The notes under the pieces are model-generated. The model worked only from the letters and a program-made list of their open reading frames with translations, did not search any database and was not told the origin of the DNA. A program made the translations under genes and the position numbers. Below, piece after piece: positions 1 to 13,609 of a stretch of 64,000 nucleotides of DNA. The number at the start of each line of letters is the position of its first letter. Within the stretch, counting starts at the first letter, position 1. Source of the DNA: Vicugna vicugna (Eukaryota); the NCBI GenBank assembly GCA_013265495.1, contig MU058584.1, positions 6,104,407-6,168,406 on the forward strand. The letters run 5' to 3'.

Positions 1-490
1 AGCAAAGTTTTTGTACACTATTAAAATTAAGTTGGTATTAATTTAAGTTAGATTTTAAAAATTTAAGATGGTATCTGTAATCCCAGGGTAATCACTAAGA
101 AAATAATTCAGGAGAACATAGTAAATGAACAACAGAGAATTAAAGTGGTCCACCAGAAAATATTTAACATAAAATAAGGCAGTACTGGAGGAATAGGAGA
201 ACAAAAAAGATAAAAAAGACATACAGAAAACAAATACAAAATGTTAAATGACAATCCTACTTTAAGAGCAAATATGTTCATGGTAAATAGAATACTCCAA
301 TCAAAAGGCAGATTATTTAAATGTATAAAAAAATGATTAAACTATATGCTTTCTACAACAGAAACACTTCAGATTCAAAGACACAAACAAGATGAAAGTA
401 AAAGAATGGAAAAAGATGTATCAAGCAAAAAAAAAAAAACAGAAGGCAACAGATTGAGAGAAACTTTCTAAGTACATAAAAGAAAAAGGA
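1..490 (+). mobile_element. Old L1 fragment (inter-ORF region and ORF2 endonuclease start)
   Basis: actccaatcaaaaggcaga...ctatatgctttctacaacagaaacacttcagattcaaagacacaaacaagatgaaagtaaaagaatggaaaaagat resembles the L1 ORF2 N-terminus; degraded. Confidence 0.8.
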
Positions 491-494
491 TATA

Positions 495-778
495 TAGTTG
501 ACTCTTGAACAATGAGGGTTTGAACTGTACAGGTCTGGTTATACTTGAACACAGGTTTTAATTGCCTGGATCCACTTACGTGTGTGTAAGTGTATCTGGG
601 TAGTTCACATCCATGTTGTTCAGGGGTCAACTGAACACAACCTGTGGTTGGTTGCAACTGCTCATGTAGAACCCAAGGATATGGAGGACCAATTATGGGA
701 CTTGAGCATCTGCAGATTGTGGTATCCTTGACATGTCCTAGAACCAATCCCCTGTGTATACCAAGGGATGACTCTCTA
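495..778. mobile_element. TcMar-Tigger non-autonomous composite (Tigger2/MER8-like MITE plus MER2-like ends)
   Basis: Inverted termini tagttgactcttgaacaa (495-512) and ttgttcaggggtcaactg (616-633), followed by MER2-like motifs ggttggttgcaac...ggatatggaggacc and gggacttgagcatc...gaaccaatcccc...ataccaagggatgact. Confidence 0.75.
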
Positions 779-919
779 TACAATACATATATATATATTC
801 TTTTAAATTTATGTACCAACTTTTATAAATATAAAAGTGATATTCATATATAAATATATATATACATACATATATGAATACAAACTTCACAGGGTAGGAA
901 TTCCAAAAGTCTAATGACA

Positions 920-1540
920 TGAGAAAAAGATCATATTCATTAGAAATCAGGCAAATGTGACTTAAGGAGATACTGTTCATTACCAATAACACAATGGCAA
1001 AAATGTTTAGGTTTTACAATTTTCATATTCCATTGGTATGGAGATTCAATGGCACAACCATTTCAGAGGGCAATTCAGCAATATCCCTAAGACATTATGA
1101 CCTGTATTTCTGTATGACCTTTGTTTCTATGCACATACCCTAAAGAACCCCTTGCTTGTATATAGAATATATGAACAAAGATGTTCACTGAAGTTTCCTA
1201 CTGAAAAATGTGGAAACAACCTAATGACCATCAATAGAGGAATAGCTAAAGAATATATGTAACTTTATAAAATACAATAATTGAATGTAGTTTAAAATTA
1301 ACTACATTATATGTATCTATATACATGTACTCTCAAAATATTATCACAAAGAGAAAAAATTACCAAGTATGAAGTATGATATAGTTAATACAAAAACACA
1401 TAAGGTAATACTCTATATTTTAATACAGGAAAAAAATCCTATGTATATGTGTAAAAGTATGGAAAACATCTGGAAGAATGTACTTCAAAGTCACAACAGA
1501 TTATAGAGTAATGGTCAAAGAGGGTTTTATCTATAATATT
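920..1540 (+). mobile_element. Ancient L1 (L1ME-like) ORF2 end / 3' UTR fragment
   Basis: ggcacaaccatttcagagggcaattcagcaata...aagatgttcactgaag...ggaaacaacctaatgaccatcaatagagg. Confidence 0.65.
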
Positions 1541-2264
1541 TTACTTCTTTAAAAAATATATTAATATATGAATTGTATAATTTAAAAAATACTTAAAATG
1601 TACAAATTTCCTAACTGGAATATTGGTAACATCCTAGGGCTCTCTGGACAGATCTCTGGATATATTTTCCAAACTACAAACTATTGGTGTGCACTATACA
1701 GCTTTTATGAAAGGAGTTTCACCACAGACAAAAAGGTATTCTTTCTCATGTAACAGAAATCAGGAAATAATGGTATCTTCCATATTCTATATTTGGCAAA
1801 GATGTAATCAGAAAATATACCTTTAAAATAATTGTTTTACTGAGAAAAAAGGTTTTAAGAGCATTATATCTCCTTTTTCTTTATTATCAGCACTTCTAAT
1901 GAAAAAAAGCAAATACCTGGCATCAAATTCAATCTAAATGAAATTTAAAAGATTATTATTTTTTGTTGTGCTACTAAAAGAAAAGTAATACTGGAACTCC
2001 AATTTTATAAAAGCACATATGTACATGGTGCAGACATCAAAAGTCTGAAAAGATATCCTAATGGAAAGAATAAAAAGTCTTCCAGGATATAAGGAAGAAC
2101 TATACAGTACTATTAATACTTTACTTTCCATGTTTAAATTATTTGTGATTTCTTCAGAGAATATTTAAATATTATACCCTCATGTCAAGAAATCTGAGTT
2201 AGAAGGAAGGTAATAAAGATCTGGAAAATAAGTGCATTCCTAAGTTTAATATAAATAATTTTAG

Positions 2265-2441
2265 GCCTTTTTTTTTGCTCCCTCCTCTTTGGAGACAGCC
2301 CACACTCTGTCTATGGAATGTGTACCTACTTTTACTTTAACCTGAGCAACCAATTCCCACAACTCTTGCCTTTCTCTTGCCTTATACTCTATGCAGTATG
2401 TATCTCTCTAAATAAATCAATCTTTACTCAAAAATAATAAT
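2265..2441 (+). mobile_element. Polyadenylated retrocopy of an ERV1 LTR R region with 11-bp TSD
   Basis: TSD aataattttag at 2254-2264 and 2442-2452; AATAAA at 2411-2416; A-rich tail at 2430-2441; homologous to the minus strand of 41034-41178. Confidence 0.8.
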
Positions 2442-2517
2442 AATAATTTTAGCTTATTCCTCTACTATAATAAATTTAAAAATCATTTTACAATAATTTT
2501 TATATTTTAAATATTTA

Positions 2518-2751
<234 letters not shown>

Positions 2752-3206
2752 TCAACATACTGCCCTTGGTAATAGTTTTTAAAGGACCCACAGTATCCAT
2801 CTTTTTGTAGAAGGGGAGCTTAGACCTTTAGGTGACAGGACTCCAATATGAAAACAGTTTTAAATCATTATGATAAAATGGGATGTATACAGACTCTAAA
2901 ATTGGAATATCACTATAAAGTACCTCAAATATAATGCAAAATGTATCTACTATAATAAATAATATTTTAAAACATACTGCAATAAGAACATTAAAACATT
3001 TTGTAACTTATTTATCAAAACAAACTATCTAAAAAACATACCTAATAATTTTTGCCTTTATTAAATACTGATTTTCTACCCTTTTCAGGTGATTTAAGTT
3101 CAGCCATTTTTTAAAATTCCACATCCGTGTAAGTGACTGTATGAATCACTGATGGTAAAAGGCAATGGCTTACAGTCAGTTCTCTATAAGATAAAAACAG
3201 TCTTAC

Positions 3207-3262
3207 CTCCATTCCTTCGAAAGGAGGTGGATCCTTAGGCTTGCTTGATTTTTCTTTTTTTT
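3207..3262 (-). CDS. KIFAP3: KIFAP3 coding exon 4 (EKKEKSSKPKDPPPFEGME)
   Basis: Acceptor tttttacag|AA, donor GAG|gtaaga. 56 nt, ends in phase 0. Confidence 0.96.
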
Positions 3263-4329
3263 CTGTAAAAAGATTTTTTTTTAATGAGAAGAACCAAGTT
3301 TTTAGGGTTTCTGAGTAATTTTTACTTTCAGCAGCTGAGTTTAACTCCAGCTAAGTTGGGGATACTAAAACTGAGTAGTTTATAAAATAATCTTTTTTTT
3401 CCTAATGTTTAAAAAATGCTCATCTATAATGCATTTGTTCTAGTTAGGCTATCAAGGAGAGTATAAATGAATAAAATCTACAAATAATCCCCAAGTTATA
3501 TTTGGTAGGAATTTTAACTTCCTCTTTGGTTAACATTTTGGATATATAAATAGCCAGATTTGCCAACAAGAAGCAAAATAGTCTATTTTAATTTTCTTTC
3601 TTTTTCTAATTCACATTTAAGATGAGAATAGGAAAATCAATACAGCAAAGAAAAACTAATGTATTGGGTAATATAAAAACTAAAAGAAAAATTAACAAAG
3701 GAAAAGGAAAAGAGTTAAAAAGCCAAAATAAAAGGATAGCTGCTAACTGATTTTTTAAACAAAATTAGAATAATAAATTAAAAGGCAAATTAATATTTGT
3801 GTTAATTTAATCCTCACTCATTTCCAAATGAATTAAAGAGGTATTCAAAGGTTTTGAACAGTTTTGTCATTTGTTATACTGAATTATTTGATTCATAGGA
3901 AAATTTCATTTTCTAAAAAAAATTATCAAAAATATTTCACTAATCTGATCTGAGCCAAAAACTTAAGCAACTAAAGTACGTTAAAATAAGTTCAAACAGT
4001 ATCAAAATTTTGATTCAATAATTATCAAATGTTCTACATATAATAGGAATTAGCCCTGATTGTTCTCCGAGGACAGTAGCCATTCTAGATAAATCTGCCT
4101 TTATAACAGCTAGATTTTGCTTCAAACAGACAAATTTATTACGACGGTGGTTTAAATCAAGCAAGAAAAAAATCACTTAAGGTAAAGAATCACATAACCA
4201 AGTAACTATTATTGTTTTATTTTAATCACTCTTAGGGTAAGGTTTCTGGCTTTGAAATAGTGAGTAAGTATCATGCAATAAAGAATGAAAAATGAAATAT
4301 TTTTTAAAAATAAGTGTGTATATATACAT

Positions 4330-4331
<2 letters not shown>

Positions 4332-4360
<29 letters not shown>
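4332..4360. repeat. (AC)n microsatellite
   Basis: Direct observation, about 14 units. Confidence 0.95.
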
Positions 4361-4364
<4 letters not shown>

Positions 4365-5815
4365 GTATAGCATTTCATATATGTCTCCGAACATTAATGT
4401 CTATATATAGAGGGAAACATATGATTTGAATTAATTTAGCCATGAAATAGTCCTCATGAACATTGACTATGAACATGAAAATTTCTTCATATTCCTCTAA
4501 TTTCTGGGGAAGGGGTGAGAAGACTGATTTACCCTGAAAATTCAGTGAAAGAGTTTTCATTAGTTTAAAGACATTTTATTATAAATGCCTTTGGAATTTA
4601 TTAATTTAGCATTAGGAAAGATCAATTTTCACTGTATTACACAACCTACAATAAGTACACACACATTTTAAAAGAGTAAAAAGGATTTACCTTTCTCATT
4701 TTGAACTTATTTAACTTATTGAAGATATTATCACTCATCATTTAAAGACATCATAACAGGAATAGTCTATCATAAAATACTTCATAAAAATTCTTCATAA
4801 TGTTTTCCTTACAGGATTTATTGTTAATAATTAACAGGTATACACTGAGCCCCAGCTATGTAGTTGGAAACAAGTTCAAAGTGCTCATTTTTGCTTTTAA
4901 ATAAACTGACAGCAGCTATTCAATTCAGTCAACAAATACACATTGATTATAATGTGTGTTAGATACTGTATTCAGGGCTAATTAATAAAAGTATATATTA
5001 GGCACAAGGCATTTTATTTTCTGTGGATGGAGAGAAGATTGATTAATTTGAGAAAAGCCCAATAAATTTTCTCTTTCACTTTTTTCTCCTTAATACAATC
5101 AAAATTTAAGTATTTGTAAGTTATTTCAAGGGCACCATATTTTAGAACTCACCGCTGATAAGACAAAGATACATAAACTTAATAAATACTATGGAATGGA
5201 ATAACTAACAATTGAAAAATCTGAGATAACTTTCCATTTAAATGTTTGTACTTTTATTTTGCTCTGTTTGAGTTTGTATTATTCGAAGTATCTTCTATAA
5301 ATAATCAAGTGTTTATATTTTAATGCCTTGATTCTTTTATGTAGGAATTAAAGACAAAAATGATAATAATAGAGACATTGAATGAAAAGGTAATTTTCCT
5401 AAGAAAGACTCATAAAACTTACACATATGACATACCTTAACATTTAAATACTTAGGTAATCCATTCAAATTATAAATTAAATGTCAATAAGAAATTCAGA
5501 AAATATAAATCTAGTTGTTGGGAGTAGAGAAAAACAAGCTTTCTGCCCCAAATTCTTTTATTATTCTAAAATCAATATGACAGACTTTTTTTTACTCTTT
5601 ATTTCAGCATATGTGTATGCACACATTATACACACAGAGTATAAAATAGAATCAACAGATCATTTTGGAAGCATCTAACATAAAACCTGGCATGTAGGAA
5701 ACTAGTTTACTTACTTATTCACAGCACTGGCAAAAAAACTCACTATTCAAATATGAAAAGTACAACTACAGTCAAACAACTCTGGTTTTGCATTAAAAAG
5801 CCAGGAATTCTTTTA

Positions 5816-5986
<171 letters not shown>

Positions 5987-6959
5987 TCAGAATTTTCCAA
6001 CTCAGGTATTATTAAAGTAAGTGATAACTTAAACAACACTTATTTTAAATAAATAATTTAGAAAACATTTAAATGTACCAGACATTGACCAAAAGCCTAT
6101 AAAATACAAAAGTACTTATATATGAAATATAAAATATACAAAATAATATAACAAAATATTAGATATAATCAAGTTTAAAAGTGAAAATGCTTAAAGCTTA
6201 AAAAGCAATGACTTTCTTTGAGCTGGACAAACAAGATAACAAAAGGAATGTAATATCTACATCTGACTCTTCTATGTAGGACAGCACATTCACAGAGCTT
6301 ATTTTAAAACAGTCTTTCTGATGTCACATATATAAAGTCTTTAGTTATTATTAGATGTGAAAATTCATACTATCAGAATTAAATCATTTTTTTGACCATA
6401 CTCACAGTCATTTTATTTTTTCAGTTAGAAACAAGAACAACATTAATATTTTCAGTCTCAGTTGTTCTGGTGGAAATTATATGGAAGACAGAAAAAAAAA
6501 AAAGGAGGATGCATTTTAAGACCTATATGAGAAATTCTGAGGAACAAAGGAATATTGTTACATATGTTAGTACACTGAAAAAAAAAAAAAAGACAGTTTC
6601 TCCCTCCTTTCTAATGTAGTCCAGGACATTCATTGGAAGATCAGTAAGAAAAAGCTGTTCAAAGTCTGGAAACAATCGCCAATTTACATGGATTCATGGC
6701 GCCAAGAAAAGCTATAAGGACATAAAATTAGAGTGAAGACTTAAACTAGGGACAAAATATCTGTTGCAAGCAGATGCACTCATGGAAGGCTTAGATTCAA
6801 AAAGAAAAACATAAGAAAGTAGTCACTATATTGAATTACTTCTTCGTGAAGATGGCCAATTTTTGGAGAGACACCAAGGTAACAGGGACAGAGACTTCAG
6901 AAAAATGTCCTGTAGTCAGCATCTGTGAAATCACTATTCAGACACAGATGATCTCTCCT

Positions 6960-7128
6960 GAAAGAAGTCCAGTAGAGTGATTTCGGTATTCTTCCCAGCT
7001 ACATAATCATCCCCAAATCTGGTTCTCTTGGGAGTCTATAAACTATCTAATTGCCTTTAATAAATTTCTTTCATGCTTGAATTTGCTATAGTGGCTTCTG
7101 ATATCTGCAATAAGAACCCTAGCAATAC
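6960..7128 (+). mobile_element. Old ERVL/MaLR-type LTR 3' end
   Basis: aataaatttctttcatgcttgaatttgctatagtggcttctgatatctgcaataagaaccctagcaatac resembles MLT1-class LTR termini. Confidence 0.5.
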
Positions 7129-7399
7129 TCTGTCTCTTTATTTTAATTTTTATTTAATCTATTCGGTTGCTTAAGTTTCTACCTTTTACATCTTTTAAGC
7201 TGTTGAATATTTTTATATAACTTTACCTCCACATCAGAAACCAGAGATATAAAGGAAAGGCCATTCACAGAAAAACTCTCAAAAGACCTCTCCATGTTTA
7301 ATTTTAACAACAAACTGGGACATCTTGAGTTTTCATAAATCTGACTGAGAAGAGGCACAGTAGAAACTCTACAGACATACATTTAAAAAATTTCTTACT

Positions 7400-8280
7400 A
7401 GTCTTTTTTAGAGCAGTTTAGGTTCACAGGAAAATTGTGCAGAAAGTATAGAGTTCCCATATATGCCCCAGCTACCCTTCCAATACAGTTTCTTCTATCA
7501 TCACGATCTTGCAGTAGTGTGGTAACTTTTGTTATAACTGATGAATCAATATTGATACGCTATTACGAACTAATGTCTACCTTTACATTAGGGTTCATGC
7601 TTTGTATCCTATAGTTCTCTGGGCTTTGACAAATGCATAATTTCATGTATCCACCATTAAAGTACCATACAAAATAGTTCTACTGCCCTAAAAATGCCCT
7701 GTGTTCCACCTACTTATTCTCCCTTCCCTCATCCTCTGAACACCAGACAATCTCTAATCTCTTTTTACTTTAGTTCTGCCTTTTCTAGAATGTTATACAG
7801 TTGAAATCATACAGCATGTAGCTTTTCCAGTCTGGCTTCTTTCATTTAGCAATATGCATTTAGGTTCCACCATGTCTTTTCATAGCTTGATAGCTGATTA
7901 TTTTAGTGCTAAATAATACTTCACTATATGGATCCAGAAAAGTTTGTTTACCCACTTGCCTACTGAAGGACATCTTGGTTGCTTCCAATTGTTGACAGTT
8001 ACAAATAGAGCCACTATAAATATTCAGGTTTTCATGTGGACATGTTTTCAACTCATTTGGATTAATATCCAGGAGCACAACTGTTGGATCATACGGGAAG
8101 CCTACATTTAGCTTTGTAAAAGACTGCCAAAATGCCTTCCAAAATGGCTGTACTATTTTATATTCCCACCAGCAATGAATGAGTTCCTGTTGCTCTGTAT
8201 CCTCACTAGCTTTTCGTGTTATCAGTGTTTTGAATTTTACCTGTTCTCATATTAGTGTGTAGTAAGTAGTATCTTGATTT
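7400..8280 (-). mobile_element. L1 3' end (L1MC1/2-like)
   Basis: tttagagcagtttaggttcacaggaaaattgtgcagaaagtatagagttccca...tagttctactgccctaaaaat...ccaaaatggctgtactattttatattcccaccagcaatgaatgag. Confidence 0.85.
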
Positions 8281-9399
8281 AATAAAGCGGATTTATTAAG
8301 ATCTAAAATCTTTTTTAGATTTTATATACATACATATATATATATATAAAAAAAACAGGTAGGGCTAGAAATTTTAGAAAATGCCAGCTGTATGTTTACT
8401 GATTATTTCCATAATCAAAAAACAGACTCTTCATTAAGAGCCCATACCTCTTAAGAACATCAAAAATTCACACACACACAAATGCCTTTATTAATTTTGT
8501 ACCATAACCATCAGTTTTTCATAACAAGATCATTAGAAAACTGGAATTCTGTTTAAGGTAGGTTTATCCATTCCTTTACCTAATAAGAGAGAATAAAATA
8601 CATGTCTTCTGACCTAAGCCATAGTACTGACTACCCCAATTTAATGAAAAGTTTCACTTCGTACCTATCTCAATCTATATGAGTGTCTCCCTCAAAACTC
8701 TCACCCCTAGCTACCACCATTTATAAATCCTCTAAAGCTATCAAAAAACCATACTCTTTTGGCCTCACAATATGATTCTGCTCCAAATCCTGAATAGCCA
8801 GGGTTGAATATCACAAGATTGAGTTACCTAAGTTTTTTCCTTACTGATGTTTAAATCCACTTACTCTAGCCAGTCAGTAGTAACTCTTTCCAGGTGGCTG
8901 ACTCTCTAGTGAATGCATCCCTTGTCTAGAAATCCTGAAGATTTTCAAACAATAATAACATTCTCACTTAATTCTAGCTGAGTAAGACTACTGACTACAT
9001 TAAGAATTAAAACTAACTTTCTCTCATGAAATGTGGATGTCGGTGGTTCTAAAAGCAAAGACTCCTTCCTAATCTGCTACTTTTCTTTGTAATTCAGATT
9101 AACAAAATCTCAAGAGATTTTCACATATTCTCAAAATGCACAAAATTCAGGCAGCAATTGCAAACACACAAATGGAAGAAAGTGTGAGAGAACACAAAAA
9201 GTTGTGAGCATGTGAATTAAAATCTACAGTATGAGTAAGCGTGTATACATGTGTATTTTTCTTCAGTCTAGTGGGTTACCCAAGAACTCATTTATTTTTA
9301 ATGAATTATCTGTGTAATTTAGTTTCCTTCTAACCTAAATAAGAAGATTAGAGATTTTAACATGACAGTAGGCAGTTTCTCTTTTCAGAGTGCTATACC

Positions 9400-9620
9400 C
9401 TGAAGTTTCTTAATTGCAGCACTATTAAAATTTTGGGCCAAATAATTTTTTTTGTTTGTAAGCAGCTATCTTGTGCATTGTAGGCTGTTTAGCAGCACCC
9501 CAGCCTCTATCCACCAGATACCAATAGCACCCTCCACTTATGACAACCAAAAATGTCTCCAGGCATTGCCAAATGTCACCTGGGGTGGAGGGGAATCATA
9601 ACCAGTTGAGAATCCTTACT
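9400..9620. mobile_element. MER20-like hAT-Charlie DNA transposon
   Basis: gcactattaaaattttgggccaaataatt...tgtgcattgtaggctgtttagcagcacc...tgacaaccaaaaatgtctccaggcattgccaaatgtc...ccagttgagaa. Confidence 0.85.
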
Positions 9621-10419
9621 ATATATTTAAAACACAGTGCTTTTCAGTGTGCTAAATACTATCACATGCACTCTTAGCACCCTGAATATACTTAATACCA
9701 CCAAAGCACACTAAAATTAGTTTCTTTTTAGTTCCCAAATCAAAACTTTTTATGTAGGGAAGAATACTAGGTGATCTCAGACCTTCCCTACTTCCAGAAA
9801 ACGATGGAAGGAGGGCAAGATCATCACAAGCACAACTGCAGACGAATGAAAAAGGCCAGTTCCTAAGGGGCTCCCGAAGGTATTTCAGAGGCAGGAAGGA
9901 AAGTTTGTAGAATATTGGGAGATCTGAGCCCAATTCATTAAGTGAGAAAATGCTCGTCCTATTACTAACATCTTCCAGAGGGCTAGATTTTTAAGAGATG
10001 AATTCATGGTACATGACCCACTTGTAAATTTTAGAAGTTGTATTTTCTGCAGTTCCAGGGAAGAAAGAACATAGGATTCCCTAAAATACAAATTTCTTAA
10101 ATCAAGCTGAAAAGTTCCACATAAATGTATCTTTTATAATTGATTTCACAAATTTCTATTCTATTAAATCCATTTACTAAATGGGATAAATAAAAATAGG
10201 CATTTTTCATTAGGTCCCAATTTGCTCACATAAACATGATTTTCTCTGGAATATACTCCCTATTTCTAGTTTAATACAATCTCTGCTTCACTAAGATAAA
10301 GTACCCCTAGAAGAGTGGTATAATCATTTATCACCTACGCAGATCTAAGTAACATCAGATTTCTATAAAGTTTGTATCAGGTTCAATACTTTCAAATGTG
10401 CACAAATGAAGTAAACTCA

Positions 10420-10581
<162 letters not shown>

Positions 10582-11197
10582 CTACATTAGAAACTCATAA
10601 AACATTCATGGTTTTTATCTAGTTTATCTAGTTTCTAGTTCCAAAAACATGTGAGCTGGATTAACAAATGCATTTAAATCAGATTTTCTCTTGACTTGGG
10701 CCGAGAAATATCAATTTTTCTCCAACTCTGTAAACTCCTTACTATACATAAATTCTTGGTCTTGCAAAAAGCACCTTTATGAATAGCTCTGAGAAAAAAT
10801 ACAATTACCCAAAGAATCAAACATAAGAGCAAGTGAATAAAACACACAATTAAGATGGTTTTAGAGAAAATAACCTCAAACAAAAGTCAGCAATCCAAAA
10901 CCAAAGGTAGTTGTCCCCAAATTTATATTTAAAACAAAAATCAACCTGCCCAATAATTAGCCCATTAACTAAATCACAGAATGACATGAAGAAATTATCT
11001 AAACTGCAGTATTATATCGATTATGCACCATCTTACCTAATTGTATAAACTGAAGCACTAGGACCTAAATCATTCTTTAAATCACACTCAAATTGCATAA
11101 CAAAATGCATTTACAAGTTATGTTCTATAGTAACATATCTCAAATTACAGTCTCATTAGTAGTTTAAATAGAAAATTTATTAGTAGTTTAAATAGAA

Positions 11198-11287
11198 GTG
11201 AAAACATACAGTATTTGTCTTTCTTTGTCTGACTTATTTCACTAAGCATAATAGCTTCTGGGTTCATCCATGCTGTCGCAATGACGA
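11198..11287 (-). mobile_element. Short L1 3'-region fragment
   Basis: catacagtatttgtctttctttgtctgacttatttcactaagcataatagcttctgggttcatccatgctgtcgca. Confidence 0.75.
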
Positions 11288-13609
11288 ATTAATCACTACT
11301 TGTTGTTGGCCGATTTAGAAGCTGTTAGATGTGTTTGTATTAAAAGAGATTGAGCAATGGAAATAAGCAAGATTTCCTACTGAAAAGAAGAGTAAGGATC
11401 TGCAATATGTATTAGGATGGTGATTAAAAGTCAAGTGTAGAGATAGAGTAGGAAATCAAGTATACCTACTCTGCTAGAGTCCAGGAAGGTCAGCAACTAC
11501 ACTGACAGACACACAGAACAAAGCTTGCAAAGAATAAAAGCAGAAACCAGGTAGGCCAGTAAAAAACAGGAAGTTAGGAAATTAGATACATACACACATT
11601 TTAATGAGAATGGTACAGCTTTTAAAAGGTAAATGGATACAAATTCAGGCTAGCAATCAAAAGCTAGAGAAACCACAGGAATCAAAAGTAAGAAGAGCTA
11701 AAGAAAAAAAAATGTAATACAGCACTAAAGAAACTATCTTAATTAAAAAGAAAACTAGTTACTTGCTTCCTGTTGAGATGGAGAGCAATCCCAGTACTGA
11801 ACTTCTTATGAAGAAGGAGGTAACTGTATCCAATTGAAGAGAATCATAAGGATGAAATAAAAGTGCAGATCCCGAGAGTAGCCTCATACCAACACTTTCA
11901 ACGTGGGTCTTCCACATATTAAAGACTGAGGGAAAAGCATAACTGCTATCTTCTGGTCTGGTATCTTGCTTTTCTCCGAAGAAATCAGATAGTGCAAGGA
12001 ACCTCACCATTACTTTTTAGTTTTTGTTTGCTTGTTTTGTGTGTGTGTGTTTTAAAGGACTAAGTTAATTATTTTTTAAAAATTTCTCTACCACTAAAGC
12101 AATTTATTGTAGGAAAAACAGAATACAGAAATTAGCAAAGAGAAAAAATAAACTGAAAAAAAAATACCTAGAAGAAACCAACTGTCACCATTTTAGCACA
12201 TATACATCCAGATATTTTTCTACTTGTATATAAATAATACACAACCAGAGAGTGTCAGCTCTAGAATTTCTTTAAAGTAGAGGCTTGAGGGTAGCAATCT
12301 GATAGAGTTAAAATTACATTTGAATAGCAATTTACATAAGATTGGCTCAAATATTAATTGTTTACATCAACGTGGGGGCTGATGGAGATTCTGGGATGGG
12401 TAATCCCCTTCCCTGTTCCCCTTGGTACTGCCACTGAATATATAAAATATATACATTACAAACTAAGTTCATATTACATATATGATGTGTAACATACTTT
12501 CAAAAATTACTATATAATGACTAAGAATATTTTGCCTTTAAAACTTCATACATTCACATTCTAGATACTCCATTTGTTGAACACCTTGATTCTTTATTTC
12601 TAACTTATGTTGAACAAGACTTACAGGATTCATTTGCAAAACATTCAAAACCACTGTAGGATACTTGGTTGATTTATAAAGTAGTTCTTTAAAGGCTCAA
12701 AACATTTTGCAATTCAGTTACTCCATATTTATGTATGATACAGATATTTAAAAATTGACAACTATGCTTTCAAATTCTATTTTGGTTGGTAAAATATTCC
12801 AGCTTATTTGGAAGCAATTATGAATTGTGTCTACGTGCAACCTGTGACAAGTACGTATCTGCTGTTGATAGATATGTAGAGAAAATTGCTTTTACAATAG
12901 CAGATAATATGTAGAGAAAATTGCTTTTACAATAGCAATGTGCCTCATCAAAATCTGTACTTGTATTATCATCACAAAATGAGTAATTTTATCTTAAGTA
13001 CTGACCTTCCAAACTGAATTTAACATGGCATTCATAGTGATATCAGACGTTTAACAATTGAGAGAATGAACTTCCAAATGCTCTACTTGGAATCCATGAA
13101 TTAGATGAGAAAAAACTTAACCCATTATTGGGATTAACTGATTTACTATTTGTAGCATCTTATGACACTGATATTAAACTGATATCTTTCAACTGTTTGG
13201 AAAGTTCTTCTGCTAATGGAGCCTTCTCAATAACAGGACTGTTTCACCTCTTTTCTTTTTCTTTTTAACACGCATAAAAAAACTGGAACCAAAAATGTGC
13301 TAAATTGAATCAGAAAGAGTTTTTCTTTTAATCTCAATATGAAGTCATGCTTCACAGACTCATTTATAAGATACACCTTCTCTACCCACATGTTAATTTT
13401 CACCTTCAGGCAGAGTGTTCTTAATTACTAACTTGTAAAGTACATCCTGATGTTTTCAGAATTCTTGTGGTTGATGATACATTATGAACCCTAAAATAGG
13501 TAACAACTGCTGACTAGCATTATACTACATATTTATCACTGATTTTCTGGAGAAACAAAATTTAGCTCTTAATGTTTCATTAAACAGGTATTGTTTGAAA
13601 AAATTAGTA

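Noticed and set aside
12246..12436. Possible hAT-type DNA transposon (CAG...CTG ends)
   Set aside because: Terminal inverted repeat match is poor and no 8-bp TSD is visible; cannot be supported.
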